DNA of 64,000 bases from Octopus vulgaris. Lineage: Eukaryota. A program made the translations under genes and the position numbers. The first letter of the stretch is position 1; every line of letters begins with the position of its first letter. Location of the stretch: NCBI GenBank assembly GCA_951406725.2, contig OX597833.1:52452001-52516000 (forward strand), read 5' to 3'. This document shows positions 40,210-52,899 of this stretch, one piece after another. The notes beneath the pieces are model-generated. The model made no database searches. It was not told where the DNA came from and saw only the letters and a list, made by a program, of their open reading frames with translations.

Positions 40210-41303
40210 GAAGCTTCATTCTATCATAAAGGAAAGCAAAAACTTTGCTATTGATCTCGTGCAGGATACCCAAACTGAACAACCCGAGGGAAGTACGGCA
40301 ACTATTGTTGCAAAGAAGGTGAAAATGATGGCAATGAAAAAAGCGCACGAGCAATTGGCTGATAGGTGGGAGGAGAAACCTCTGCACGGCAAATATGTGA
40401 CCCGCAGCAAACAAGCTGATGTTGACCAGAAGCAAACCCATCAGTGGCTACGGAGCTCAGGGCTAAAAGCAGAGAGCGAAGGTTTCATCCTGGCTGCTCA
40501 AGATCAAAGCCTATTAACCCGGAACTACCAGGCCAATGTGATGAAAAATGGAGCAGACCCAAAATGCCGATTCTGCAACGACATGATTGAAACAGTGGAC
40601 CACCTAATCTCTGGGTGTAAAGTCTTAGCACCAGTGGAGTATAAATTAAGACATGACAGAGTTGGCCAATATCTACACTGGCTAATAAGTCGGCATTACA
40701 ATATCAAAACTGCCGACAAGTGGTATAATCACCACCCTGAGGCTGTAACTGAAGGAGAAAATGTAACCATTCTGTGGGACTTTCCAGTACATACAGACCG
40801 AACCATCAAGGCCAATAAACCAGATATTGTTGTGAAAGACCAAAACAATAAAGTTTGCTTATTGATCGACATGAGCATCCCCTGTGATCATAATATCTCA
40901 GCGAAAGAGTTTGACAAGCTCAGAAAATATAAAGACCTACTCATTGAAATTGAGAAAATGTGGCATCTCAAGGCGGTTACAATACCAGTGATCGTAGGAG
41001 CACTAGGAATGATCAAGAAGGGAACCGAAAATTATATGAGAATGATCCCTGGCTTACCATCCCTGCAAGAAGTGCAAAAGATTGTCTTAACTGGTACATC
41101 ACACGTATTGAGAAGAGCATTGTCGATGTGAGAACTGTTGCTGCTCATGTATTTTAATTTAACTTAAAAAAAAAAAAAAAAAAATGAACGAATTATTGAG
41201 TTTGATTTAATGGCCAACCAATGTATACTATGAGTTTCTTTGCCCTAGGAGTCGGGAAGACACTCGGCAAGAAATGGAAGCAAATTTGAAAGAAGAAAAA
41301 AAA
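40209..41303 (+). mobile_element. 5'-truncated Dong/R4-clade non-LTR retrotransposon
   Basis: (AAT)n on both sides; uninterrupted C-terminal ORF followed by a 3' UTR. Confidence 0.9.
40259..41131 (+). CDS. C-terminal part of R4/Dong ORF: CCHC zinc knuckle + restriction-like endonuclease (RT domain missing)
   Basis: CRFC..ETVDHLISGC, RHD, KPDIVV, LLIDMSIP, KLRKYKDL, PVIVGALG motifs in an open 290-aa frame; truncated, so probably not translated. Confidence 0.85.
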   Translation: MQDTQTEQPEGSTATIVAKKVKMMAMKKAHEQLADRWEEKPLHGKYVTRSKQADVDQKQTHQWLRSSGLKAESEGFILAAQDQSLLTRNYQANVMKNGADPKCRFCNDMIETVDHLISGCKVLAPVEYKLRHDRVGQYLHWLISRHYNIKTADKWYNHHPEAVTEGENVTILWDFPVHTDRTIKANKPDIVVKDQNNKVCLLIDMSIPCDHNISAKEFDKLRKYKDLLIEIEKMWHLKAVTIPVIVGALGMIKKGTENYMRMIPGLPSLQEVQKIVLTGTSHVLRRALSM

Positions 41304-41462
41304 GTAATAATAATAATAATAATAATAATGATAATAATAATAATACTATCGCACAGTCGTTTTCCGTAAAGTTATTTGTATGTGTGTGTATTGACATACA
41401 TACTGATGTGTGTGTATACATATATATATATATATATTATGTATTAATATATGTAAATATAT

Positions 41463-41499
<37 letters not shown>

Positions 41500-41568
41500 A
41501 TGTATACACTCACACATATATACACACACAGACACAGACACACGCACACACATATGTCTATCTATCTT

Positions 41569-41642
<74 letters not shown>

Positions 41643-41656
41643 AGTGTGTGTGTGTG

Positions 41657-41754
<98 letters not shown>

Positions 41755-42212
41755 TATGGCTGGAAGGACGGATGTAGTTGTTGTGTTATGTTTTCGCGAA
41801 TGTATTGACTGCAGGTTTATTTTCAGAGAGAGCCCCTTTTTAAAATAAACAACAATAAAACAGTGTTTACTGTCCAGGAGAATGTGTCACAGCATCGTTC
41901 ACCGTAGAAGAGAAACGTCTAGTGAGATCACTACGATGAGGACCCACTTTGTTTCCTGTTCACTGTTGGGGGTTCTCGCAGACAATGAGTTCATTCTGTG
42001 AATGAAATAATTGAGAGCAAGAACTGCGAGGCTTGTCTGATGGCCTGACCGTCTGCGTAACTAGGTTGCAAAATGGCGTCTTTCTTCGTTGTTTGGATAC
42101 GTTCAACAGACACACAAACAAATGACCGATCCCCTGTGTGGTCGAATTGAGCTGCTGAAGATAACGGGCAGTTATCCCTAAATATTACGCCCTACTTTCT
42201 TACACACACACA

Positions 42213-42260
<48 letters not shown>

Positions 42261-42273
42261 CATACAGACATAC

Positions 42274-42309
<36 letters not shown>

Positions 42310-42314
42310 GTACC

Positions 42315-42367
<53 letters not shown>

Positions 42368-42692
42368 ATGTATATATATACACGCGCACACATATATATA
42401 CATGTGTATGTATATGTATATATATATATATTACATTATATGCATACATATATACGCTGACATACATACATACACACACACAGGTTTATACGTATATAAA
42501 CAATTATTAGGCGCAAACATGGCTGTGTGGTTAGGAAGATTGTTTTGTAACCACATGGTACTGAGTTCAATCCTACTGTTCGGCAACTTTGGCAAGTATC
42601 TTCTTTTATAATCACTGGTTCGCTCAATGCATTGTGAATTAATTGGATACACGGAAACCGTGTGGAAGCATTTCGTATATGTATATATATAA

Positions 42693-42731
<39 letters not shown>

Positions 42732-43494
42732 TGTGTTTGTCCCCCACCCATCGCCACTTGACAACCGGTGTTGGTTTGTTTACCTCCTCGTAACTTAGCG
42801 GTTCGGCAAAAGAGAATGATAGAATAGGTATCAGGCTTTTAAAATTAGCATTGGGATCGATTCATTCGTCCAAAAAATTCGAGGTGGTGCTCCATCATGA
42901 CTGCAGTTTAATGACCTAAACAGGTCAAAACATAAAAGATAGAAGATAATAAATTAACTAATTTAAGAAGCAGCCAAAAATGCGTTATGCTATCGAAATC
43001 GACCTTTCGGAATTTCGTCAGCCATTTGTAATAACGTACTTATATGCAATATGTCTTTTGATAGCTAAAGTGGGTACCAGTATAGACATAGTTGCTTGTG
43101 AAATCCCAAAACAGGATTGAAACTAGTTCAGCTGATCCCATGTTTACAACCGTGACGAGTTTGCATATAAAAGCAAGCTGTTTACAACTGTCTGCTACAT
43201 ACATTGGCTAAACCCCCTAATTTTCTCTGTAAAACAGAAAAGCACATGCGACTAGTGTAAATATATATTTATGTATATAAATTCAAACAAGCTGTTATAT
43301 CTAATATGAATGTATAAGCGCTGTTTGGTTCTCCGGAATGTAGTTTACATTTCGACTTATTTTAGAACATGGTTGAGTCCATAAAATAGGATTTGACTAC
43401 ACCTCCATTTAGAGCACAGTTTAAGCTATCTTTTCGTGGAAGAAGGTTTATGTTCCTATAACCTGTGTTAATTCTGTAACCCTTTAAAATTGAA

Positions 43495-43873
43495 GATAAG
43501 AAAGTTCATTTTCGGCATATGATGCTTTGGGAACCAAACAAAAATTGCTGCACCTCGGCTGAGATGTTTTACTCCACCCTCCATATTCACTAGATATTGC
43601 TCCATCGGATTTCCACTTATTCAGATATCTGCAGAATAGTCTTGATGGTAAAAATTTCAATTCATTGGATGACGTAAAAGGATACCTTGATGAATTTTTT
43701 GCCATGAAACCACCTCAATTCTGGGAAGAGAGTATTTTCAAGTTAAAGGAAAGATGGAGACGCATTGTGCAACAAAATGGTTCGTATTTCGTTGATTAAA
43801 AATGAAATAGCAAGTATTTATTGACCTTTTTCTTTCCTTTAAAAATCGGCACGAACTTTCCGGACAACCCAAT
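43495..43873 (+). mobile_element. Mariner 3' fragment with terminus
   Basis: HPPYSLDIAPSDFHLFRYLQNSLDGKNFNSLDDVK...KLKERWRRIVQQNGSYF; ends gaactttccggacaacccaata. Confidence 0.88.
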
Positions 43874-43978
43874 ATATTTGTTTGTATGTGTGCAAGTAGT
43901 TGTGACTTCGTGAGCTTACGTATCCTATCTGAATTTTTTACTAGTTTGTACGTATATCGTTCATTCGCTCTCTTCCTC

Positions 43979-44038
<60 letters not shown>

Positions 44039-44466
44039 TTCTTGTCTGTTTATGTATCTATCCAAGTTCTGCTTCCTTTGTCTCTCAGTGTTACTCATCC
44101 CTATCTATTTATTCATCTACATATATCTATCAACGCACGCACCTAGCATTTGACCTGGAAAGACAAGCCGGTGGCTGTAAATGCTGTTCCCTGCATTGTA
44201 CAGATGCGATGAATCGGTAATGTGATCATTTTAAGGACAACATCGCCTACGATCGAGGCCCACCCAAGATTTTCTTTTTTTTTTAAACTATTTTCTTATT
44301 ACTATTAGTTATAAATACACACACAGACACACACACAAGGATCTATTCAAACACGCTCGCGCATAGTACATACATGCATGCACACAAAACACACACACAT
44401 ATCTAGACATACACACTGATACATTTGTTTGCATGCATATAAATACACACATAAACACACATATAT

Positions 44467-44880
44467 TTTTCTTTACTACCCACAAGGGGCTAAACATGGA
44501 GGGGACGAACAAGGACAGATAAACGGATTAAGTCGATTACATCGACCCCAGTGCGAAACTGGTACTTTATTTATCGACCCCGAAAGGATGAAAGGCAAAG
44601 TCGACCTCGGCGAAATTTGAACACAGAACGTAACGACAGACGAAATACCTATTTCTTTACTACCCACAAGGGGCTAAACACAGAGAGGGCAAACAAGGAC
44701 AGACAAACGGATTAAGTCGATTACATCGACCCCAGTGCGAAACTGGTACTTTATTTATCGACTCCGAAAGAATGAAAGGCAAAGTCGACCTCGGCGGAAT
44801 TTGAACTCAGAACGTAACGGCAGACGAAATACCGATAATCATTTCGCCCGGCGCGCTAACGTTTCTGCCAGCTCGCCGCC
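44467..44880 (-). mobile_element. Family A SINE dimer
   Basis: Two ~184-bp bodies, one head, same junction as the other multimers. Confidence 0.9.
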
Positions 44881-45213
44881 ACATACACACATATCTATGC
44901 AAACACACACACAACCATACACACTCGTACATATTTTTTCATTGACGCGTAGTTCCATTTACAATTGGTTTTGCAGGAAGTCCAAAAATTTTACTTGGTT
45001 TCGATTTTTGGATATAGCATTTCACTTGGTTTGCATCTTAAAAAACAAAGTCTAAAACCATAAGAAAAAGCGATATCGTATCGTCTTATGAACCGTCGCT
45101 GATAAAATATCTATTAGGGAAGTCGTCGGAATTTTAAAGTTTAAGCAAAAATATTTTTCTGGAACTGAAATTGTTTCTACGTGATATCGCAACGCCTGAG
45201 AAAAATACACACA

Positions 45214-45244
<31 letters not shown>

Positions 45245-45674
45245 GCCAATATACGTATGTATATACGAGGTCTGATGAAAATGTATCGCGACAGTGTTTG
45301 CTATGTTAACGGAGCTAGAATACGCGGATTGAAGCTAGAATACGACAGATTGACTTTGAACTCCGTCGTGCATGCGCACTGTGTTATAAACGTTATCGCT
45401 CACGTCTGTTGCTTATAGCAAATTTTAAATGTAGAGTGTGCAGAGTGTGGGCGTCTCAAAAAGAATTTGAGGCTTCAGCTGTACTCTATGTCCTTGATTG
45501 GGTTGCGGAAGAAAATTTTTTTTTAAAACGGTCATAACAGGTGACGAATCGTGTGCCTATAGCTATCATTAAAAAATAATTCAAATTTTCTGTTAATGAT
45601 AGCCAAATATTTGTTTAACTCCGCAAGATCCTGGAAAACACCATTAACTCTGTTTTATATCCGGAATTGTATGA

Positions 45675-45915
45675 AGGCACGTGGTTAAATGGTTAGGGTT
45701 TTAGCATCATGATCGTAAGATTGTGGTTTCGATTCCTGGATCGGGCGACACGTTGTGCTCTTGAGCAACACTTCATTTCACGTTGCTCCAGTCCACTCAG
45801 CTGGCAAAAATGAGTAACGCTGCGATGGACTGACGTCCCGTCCTATTGGGAAACACATACGCCATAGAAACCGGGAGACCGGGCCCATGAGCCGCGCTAG
45901 GCTTTAAAAGGGTGC
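45675..45915 (+). mobile_element. Family D SINE
   Basis: tRNA-like head; cgttgtgctcttgagcaacacttcatttcacgttgctccagtccactcagctgg body. Confidence 0.8.
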
Positions 45916-46132
45916 ATTTAATATATATTTTTTTTAATATCTGGAATCATAATCATGTACTTCTTTATCTTTTATCTTTTACTTTTTTTCAGCCACTGGA
46001 TTGCGGCCATACAGGAGCAGGACCGTGAACGGTAATGAAGTCTCTCGATGTTTAAAAATTAGTTTTATAGATACTTCTTTCAAAATTCCTGTTTCGTTTT
46101 TTCACACATTTATTTGTGTAAGTTGAACAATA

Positions 46133-46536
46133 GGCGCAGGAGTGGCTGTGTGGTAAGTAGCTTGCTAACCAACCACATAGTTCCGGGTTCAGTCCCACTG
46201 CGTGGCACCTTGGGCAAGTGTCTTCTGCTATAGCCCCGGGCCGACCAATGCCTTGTGAGTGGATTTGGTAGTCGGAAACTGAAAGAAGCCTGTCGTATAT
46301 ATGTATATATATATATAAGTGTGTGTGTATATGTTTGTGTGTCTGTGTTTGTCCCCCTAGCATTGTTTGACAACCGATGCTGTTGTGTTTACGTCCCCGT
46401 CACTTAGCGGTTTGGCAAAAGAGACCGATAGAATAAGTACTGGGCTTACAAAAGAATAAGTCCCGGGGTCGATTTGCTCGACTAAAGGCGGTGCTCCGGC
46501 ATGGCCGCAGTCAAATGACTGAAACAAGTAAAAGAA
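46133..46536 (+). mobile_element. Family B SINE, full length
   Basis: ggcgcaggagtggctgtgtggtaag...gactgaaacaagtaaaaga. Confidence 0.92.
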
Positions 46537-46756
46537 TGTAAAATGTTACGAAACAAACTTAGTTGTTTCTTACAATAAATAAATCGAAAGCAAATTTTTT
46601 TTTTTCCTGGACCCTAAATATATTTCTGTATATACCCAATTTACTATTTTGCTTCCATGGACTCCCAAAAAATCTCATATCGACCTCTTGGGGGGATCAT
46701 ATGGATTCCGGTTGAGAATCACTGGTTTCGATGCTACCGTATTTTCTGGCATACAA

Positions 46757-47030
46757 CTCTTTTTACTCTTTACTCTTTTACTCTTTTACTTGTTTCAGTC
46801 ATTTGACTGTGGCCACGCTGGAGCACCGCCTTTAGTCGAGCAAATTGACCCCAGGACTTATTCCTTGTAAGCCTAGTACCCTATTCTATCGGTCTCTTTT
46901 GCCGAACCGCTAAGTGACAGGGACGTAAACACACCAGCATCGGTTGTCAAGCGATGTTGGTACGACAAACACAAACACACAAGCATATGCACAAACATAC
47001 ACTCACACACACACACACATATATATATAT

Positions 47031-47117
<87 letters not shown>

Positions 47118-47291
47118 TACATATATACGATGGACTTCTTTCAGGTTCCGTCTACCAAATCCACTCACAAGAATTTGGTCGGCCCGAGGCTATAGTAGAA
47201 GACACTTGCCCAAGGTGCCACGCAGTGGGACTGAACCCAGAACCATCTGGTTGGTAAACAAGCTATTTACCACACAGCCACTCCTACGCCT
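46757..47291 (-). mobile_element. Family B SINE, full length, inverted relative to its neighbour
   Basis: Reverse-complement match including the (gtaaaaga)n tail. Confidence 0.92.
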
Positions 47292-47602
47292 TTATTTGTC
47301 GAATATATATACAAGTCGAACATTTCAGACCAAAATTTACAGCCAATGTAAGTCGACTTATACACCAGGTCGACTTGAGAGGACTAAAAATTTCACGTGG
47401 AAAGACAGTGCCAATATTTGAAACTTTACACTACATGTTTACACTACATGTTTACACTATATATTTACTACATTCGTCTTGTTTGCCGAAAAATACGGTG
47501 AATGGTTATATGATTAAGAACCGGTAAACCTGAGGTATAGCAAGGCTGGGTAGTTGCTATGTTAGACTTCGAGGTAAGGGTAACACGTTATGAAAAATGA
47601 TA

Positions 47603-47832
47603 CGGCGAGCTGGCAGAATCGTTAGCACGCGGGCGAAATCCTTAGCGGTATTTCATCTGCCGCTACGTTCTGAGTTCAAATTACGCCGAGGTCGACTTTG
47701 CCTTTCATCCTTTCGGGGTCGATAAATTAAGTACCAGTTACGCCCTGGGGTCGATTTAATCGACTTAATATCTATGTCTGTCCTTGTTTATCCCCTCTGT
47801 GTTTAGCCCCTTGTGGGTAATAAAGAAATAGG
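47603..47832 (+). mobile_element. Family A SINE monomer
   Basis: Full head and body. Confidence 0.9.
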
Positions 47833-48131
47833 TATAAAAAATGAGGTCGAGTAACTTTTGCTGTCGTCAGATGCAAGGGTAGTGACACTATGACAATTGA
47901 TGAATTGTAATTCAGTGTATCATCATAATATCTGTTGGGTGGGTGACTGAAAGTTGATGGAGTGATTACCTAAGTGCAGATCTATGTGCGTAACAGCGTG
48001 AGAAAAACAGCTACCATTGATTCCCGTAAGCAACGAAAATGATGGGTAAAAACTAGAGATATTGAAGACGCGGTGATTATCAAATATTGTTTTGTTTATT
48101 AAACATAATTATTATTGTTGTTGTTGTTGTT

Positions 48132-48293
<162 letters not shown>

Positions 48294-49130
48294 TTCATTA
48301 TTGACTGATAAACTGTTATTAGCGCTAGTGATGACTGCCTCATTATGAAACCCACTGAACGACATGTCCGCGAGCACCGGATGCAATATTTTTGGTTGTG
48401 ACGAACGATTGCCGCAGTCGCCATCTCAATGAGGGGTCCTAATCGTTTGGTAATGAACATTACGGGGTCATTGCGTAACGGTTGACATAGTTACGCATGT
48501 AGGTTATTTCGTTTGATTTACGTCTCCACTGCACTTATTAAGAGAGGTTGACGTGATAGGCACACAGTATGGTTGAATGGTTAAGAAGTTCGTGTCGCAA
48601 CCACGAAATCTCGGGTTCGATACCACTACATGGCATCACTTTCTGCAGCGTAGATGTGTTGGAAGTACTATGCTTCCCAACCACATGGTTTCTGGTTCAG
48701 TCCCACTGTGCGGGACCTTGGGTGAGTGTCTTCCAATATAACACTGGGTCGACCGAAACCAAAAATTAGTTATACTTGTGCAATACACAAAATATTTTAA
48801 GAATTTTTCAATAGAATTCCTACTATTTAAATATAAGAATATAATAGGATTTTTAAAAACATCTTTTTCTACTTTAGGCAAGATTCGTCATGTGAAATCG
48901 TGTTGAAACAGATTTTAATGTATCTTGGGAAAGATATTAGGCCAAGGCGACGGAAGGACACAGAGGAAATCGAAATGATCAATTGAATGACCGAAAGATT
49001 AATCAAACAATCGTGATATACATACATACTTATATATATATATATATATATAAATTTCAGGGTAGTAAAATATTATTTAGAATTTTTTACCACAGTGGCC
49101 TAGCGTGTAGAAAAACTAGTCAATAGACTA

Positions 49131-49555
49131 TATATACAGTGTACATTTAAGCTCATAAGAGTTGGGCATAATCGGACGTCTAAACTGCTAGAAAGAGTAG
49201 TTAAACTCCAAACCACAATTAGGGGTCATTTCGAAAGGGAATGAAAAATAAAAACATTTACCATCTATTTCCTGAACCATGGTTTCAAGCTATAACTTGT
49301 AAGCACGAGATATGTTCTGTATTGCCGCGGACTTATATGTTAATCTTTGGCTTTCCTGCTGATGAGAGCTTCGCCTAGCAAATTACTTTATTTGCTGAAG
49401 ATAGCTTGAAACCATGGTCCAGGAAATAGATGGGTAAATGTTTTTATTTTTAATTCCCTTTCGAAATTACCCCTAATTGGGATTTGGATTTTAACTACTC
49501 CTTCTAGCAGTTTAGATGTCCGATTATGGCCATCTCTTATGTGTTTAAATGTACA

Positions 49556-49564
<9 letters not shown>
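49131..49564. repeat. Imperfect ~163-bp inverted repeat (Penelope-like fold-back) in (TA)n
   Basis: 49131-49293 pairs with 49401-49564. Confidence 0.85.
49352..49426 (+). ncRNA. Canonical type I hammerhead ribozyme motif
   Basis: tttcctg CTGATGA gagct..agcaaat-tacttt-atttgct..agctt GAA ACCATGGT C caggaaa; 7-bp stem I, extended stem II, palindromic stem III, GUC site at 49419. Confidence 0.85.
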
Positions 49565-49611
<47 letters not shown>

Positions 49612-49930
49612 AATAAATTAAATAGAGAGATTCAATTAACAATCCAATAATTTATTTATATTATAATAAAACATAATATACTATGAATATAATATAAGGT
49701 AACATAATAAATCATTAAAACACCAAAATAGCCAATAATTTGTTTCAACTTATATACAGCATTTGATGTATAGACAGATGAAATTCCGTGTGAAAGGACG
49801 GGCAGATTGTAAAAATATTAATTCCTTTCCTTAGTTATATATATATATATATATATACATCATACTACACCGCACACACTAGCACTGACCACTTCCCAGC
49901 ACCTTCACCATCATCCACACATTTATACAT

Positions 49931-49971
<41 letters not shown>

Positions 49972-50149
49972 AATGTCACCAGCCAACTTCCACAGGTACA
50001 TACACGCTCTCTCTTCCACGCACGCTCACCTTCCTTTAAGGATAACCACTACTTCATCATCTTCCCTTCTTCCTAGCTCTCCTGTGTGACTCCCTCTGTC
50101 CGGCATTTGCCATTATAGATCATTAGACCCCACACCTTTCTCTCCCTGT

Positions 50150-50290
50150 TTATTTTTATGTTCCTTTCTGTCGAAGAGCGTAGGCTCGAAACGTAAAAGA
50201 CTTTCTCACTCCCCGAGCGTTAAACTCATACATTTGTTTGTTGTTTACAACACACCCGTCTTGGTCTTTTGTCTTTTGTAAATTCTCACT
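50150..50290 (+). mobile_element. Penelope-like terminal fragment with HHR-like motif 50164-50199
   Basis: cttt CTGTCGA a gagc-gtag-gctc GAA ACGT A aaag. Confidence 0.65.
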
Positions 50291-50303
50291 ATATATATAC
50301 ATA

Positions 50304-51502
50304 CGAGGGAGAGTCAAAATTTATACACACTCCTGTTTTTTTTCAATGTACTTATACAAAAGCAGGAGATAAACAAGACATCATTTTTTCTATATAGTCT
50401 CCTTCCTCTTCGATGCACTTGATCCAGCAGTCCACAAGCTTGCGCATTCCAGCCAAGAAGATTTTCGATTGGTCGTGTAACGATTTATGCACCGCTCCCT
50501 TCACATCTTCATCCGTAGGAAATCGACGACCTCGTAAAGCATCTTTGAGCGGTCAAGTGATATGATTGTCGAACGGGGTAAGATCTGGACAATAGGCTGG
50601 GTGTTCTAGCACCTCAAAATCCAATTGGTTAATGGTTTCAACAGTCTGGGCCCTGTATGTGGGCGTTCATTGTTATGCAACAACAAAACGTTCTTCGACA
50701 ATAGGTTTCGGCGTCTGGTGCGAATTGTTGGCTTCAGTTTGTTGTCCAGCAAAGCACTGTATCTTGCACTGTTGACCGTACACCCCTTTTTCTAGATAGT
50801 CTTGCAGAATAGGCTCCTTTGAATCCCCAAAAGGAGTTAACATTACCTTTCCCGCGGAAGACTGGGTCTTGAATATTTCACTCTTTACTCTGTCTTTTGG
50901 ATTCTGCCTCATAATGATGGACCCAGGTTTCGTCTCCTGTGACTATTCTGCTAAAAAAATCCTTGCCCCGGTTGTTGTAGTGATCGAGTAAGCGTTGGCA
51001 GACATCAAGACGTTTGCGCTTGTACTTTGCAGTAAGCTCTCTTGGCACCCATCTTGCACAGGAATTATAGAAGCCGAGCTCGTCGTGGAAGATTTGATAG
51101 GCAGAACCATGAATACTAATCTACAGAGAATGAGCTACCTCGTCGAATATAACTCGCCGGTTCACCATTACCATCTCTTGAGCTTGCTGAATCTTCTCGG
51201 CAGTGGTGGAGGTTGAAGGACGTCCTCGTATTCTGCTAAAATCCGCTGATGACTTTCAGCACCTGAAACACCTTCCGAGCAGAGAAATCGGATCACGGCT
51301 CTTTGTTTTTCTTTGGTGCACATTGCTAGTGAAGCGGCCATGCTTACACTGTTAAAGCCAGGAAGGAAAACAGCGCGATCAGACTCAAACCTCGATCACG
51401 TGACCACAATAATACCAAATATAAGCACGCATGCGCATGAGGCAGTGTGGCAATAACAAAGACATGATGGCAAAAGTGCGGATAATTTTTGACTTACCCT
51501 CG
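50304..51502 (-). mobile_element. Near full-length decayed mariner (~1.2 kb) with TIRs and TA duplication
   Basis: TA-cgagggagagtcaaaatttat / ataatttttgacttaccctcg-TA; remnants RIVTGDETWVHHY and FKTQSSAGKVMLT. Confidence 0.9.
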
Positions 51503-51568
51503 TATACATAAAAGTGAGGGAGAGAGAACGAGAGAAAGACAAAGAGAGGGAGACACTCAGTCACAGTA

Positions 51569-51611
<43 letters not shown>

Positions 51612-51614
51612 TAA

Positions 51615-51699
<85 letters not shown>

Positions 51700-51721
51700 C
51701 AGATAGGTAGATAGATTGATT

Positions 51722-51794
<73 letters not shown>

Positions 51795-52124
51795 TTACAC
51801 ACACATATATGCTCTCATCCATCTACACATACATACATACATACATACATACATACATACATACATACATACATACATACATACAAGTGTGTGTGTGTGT
51901 GTTTATATAATATTTATTTTCGGTATTTATTTAATAATACATCAATAGGATCTCGCATTGTGTTTAAAGTGTGAATGAGTGCAGCAATTAATTACTGGTA
52001 AATTAAAAGAGGGAACAACGGCGACAGGAAACTCTCGTTACTTTAATTTAACCGAACCTCGTCCTTTGCCAGATCTTCTACCATCGTTTGTCACAGGTTT
52101 GCTCAGTAATATACTCTTTTTTTT

Positions 52125-52899
52125 TTTACTCTTTTACTTGTTTCAGTCATTTGACTGCGGCCATGCTGGAGCACCACCTTTTAGTACTTATTCTATCGGT
52201 CTCTTTTTGCCGAACCGCTAAGTGACGGGGACGTAAACACACCAGCATCGGTTGTCAAGCAGTGCTAGGGGGACAAACACAGACACACAAACACATACAC
52301 ACACATACATATATATACATATATACGACAGGCTTCTTTCAGTTTCCGTCTACCAAATCCACTCACAAGGCATTGGTCGGCCCGGGGCTATAGCAGAAGA
52401 CACTTGCCCAAGATGCCACGCAGTGGGACTGAACCCGCAACCGTGTGGTTGGTTAGCATGCTACTTACCACACAGCCACACTCTTTTATTTTACTCTTTT
52501 ACTTGTTTCAGTCATTTGACTGCGGCCATGCTGGAGCACCGCCTTTTGATCGAGCAAATCGACCCCGGGACTTATTCTTTTGTAAGCCCAGTACTTATTC
52601 TATCGGTCTCTTTTGCCGAACCGCTAGGTGACGGGGACGTAAACACACTAGCATCGGTTGTCAAGCAATGCTAGGGGGACAAACACAGACACACAAACAT
52701 ATACACACACATACATATATATATATATATACATATATACGACAGGCTTCTTTCAGTTTCCGTCGACCAAATCCACTCACAAGGCATTTGTCGGTCCGAG
52801 GCTATAGCAGAAGACACTTGCCCAAGATGGACACGCAGTGGGAATGAACCCGGAACCATGTGGTTGGTAAGCAAGCTACTTACCACACAGCCACTCCTA
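52125..52899 (-). mobile_element. Two tandem family B SINEs
   Basis: Copies at about 52125-52480 and 52485-52899. Confidence 0.9.

Noticed and set aside
42990-43030. Minus-strand CTGACGA-aattcc-GAAAGGTC
   Set aside because: Stems I and III do not pair in register.
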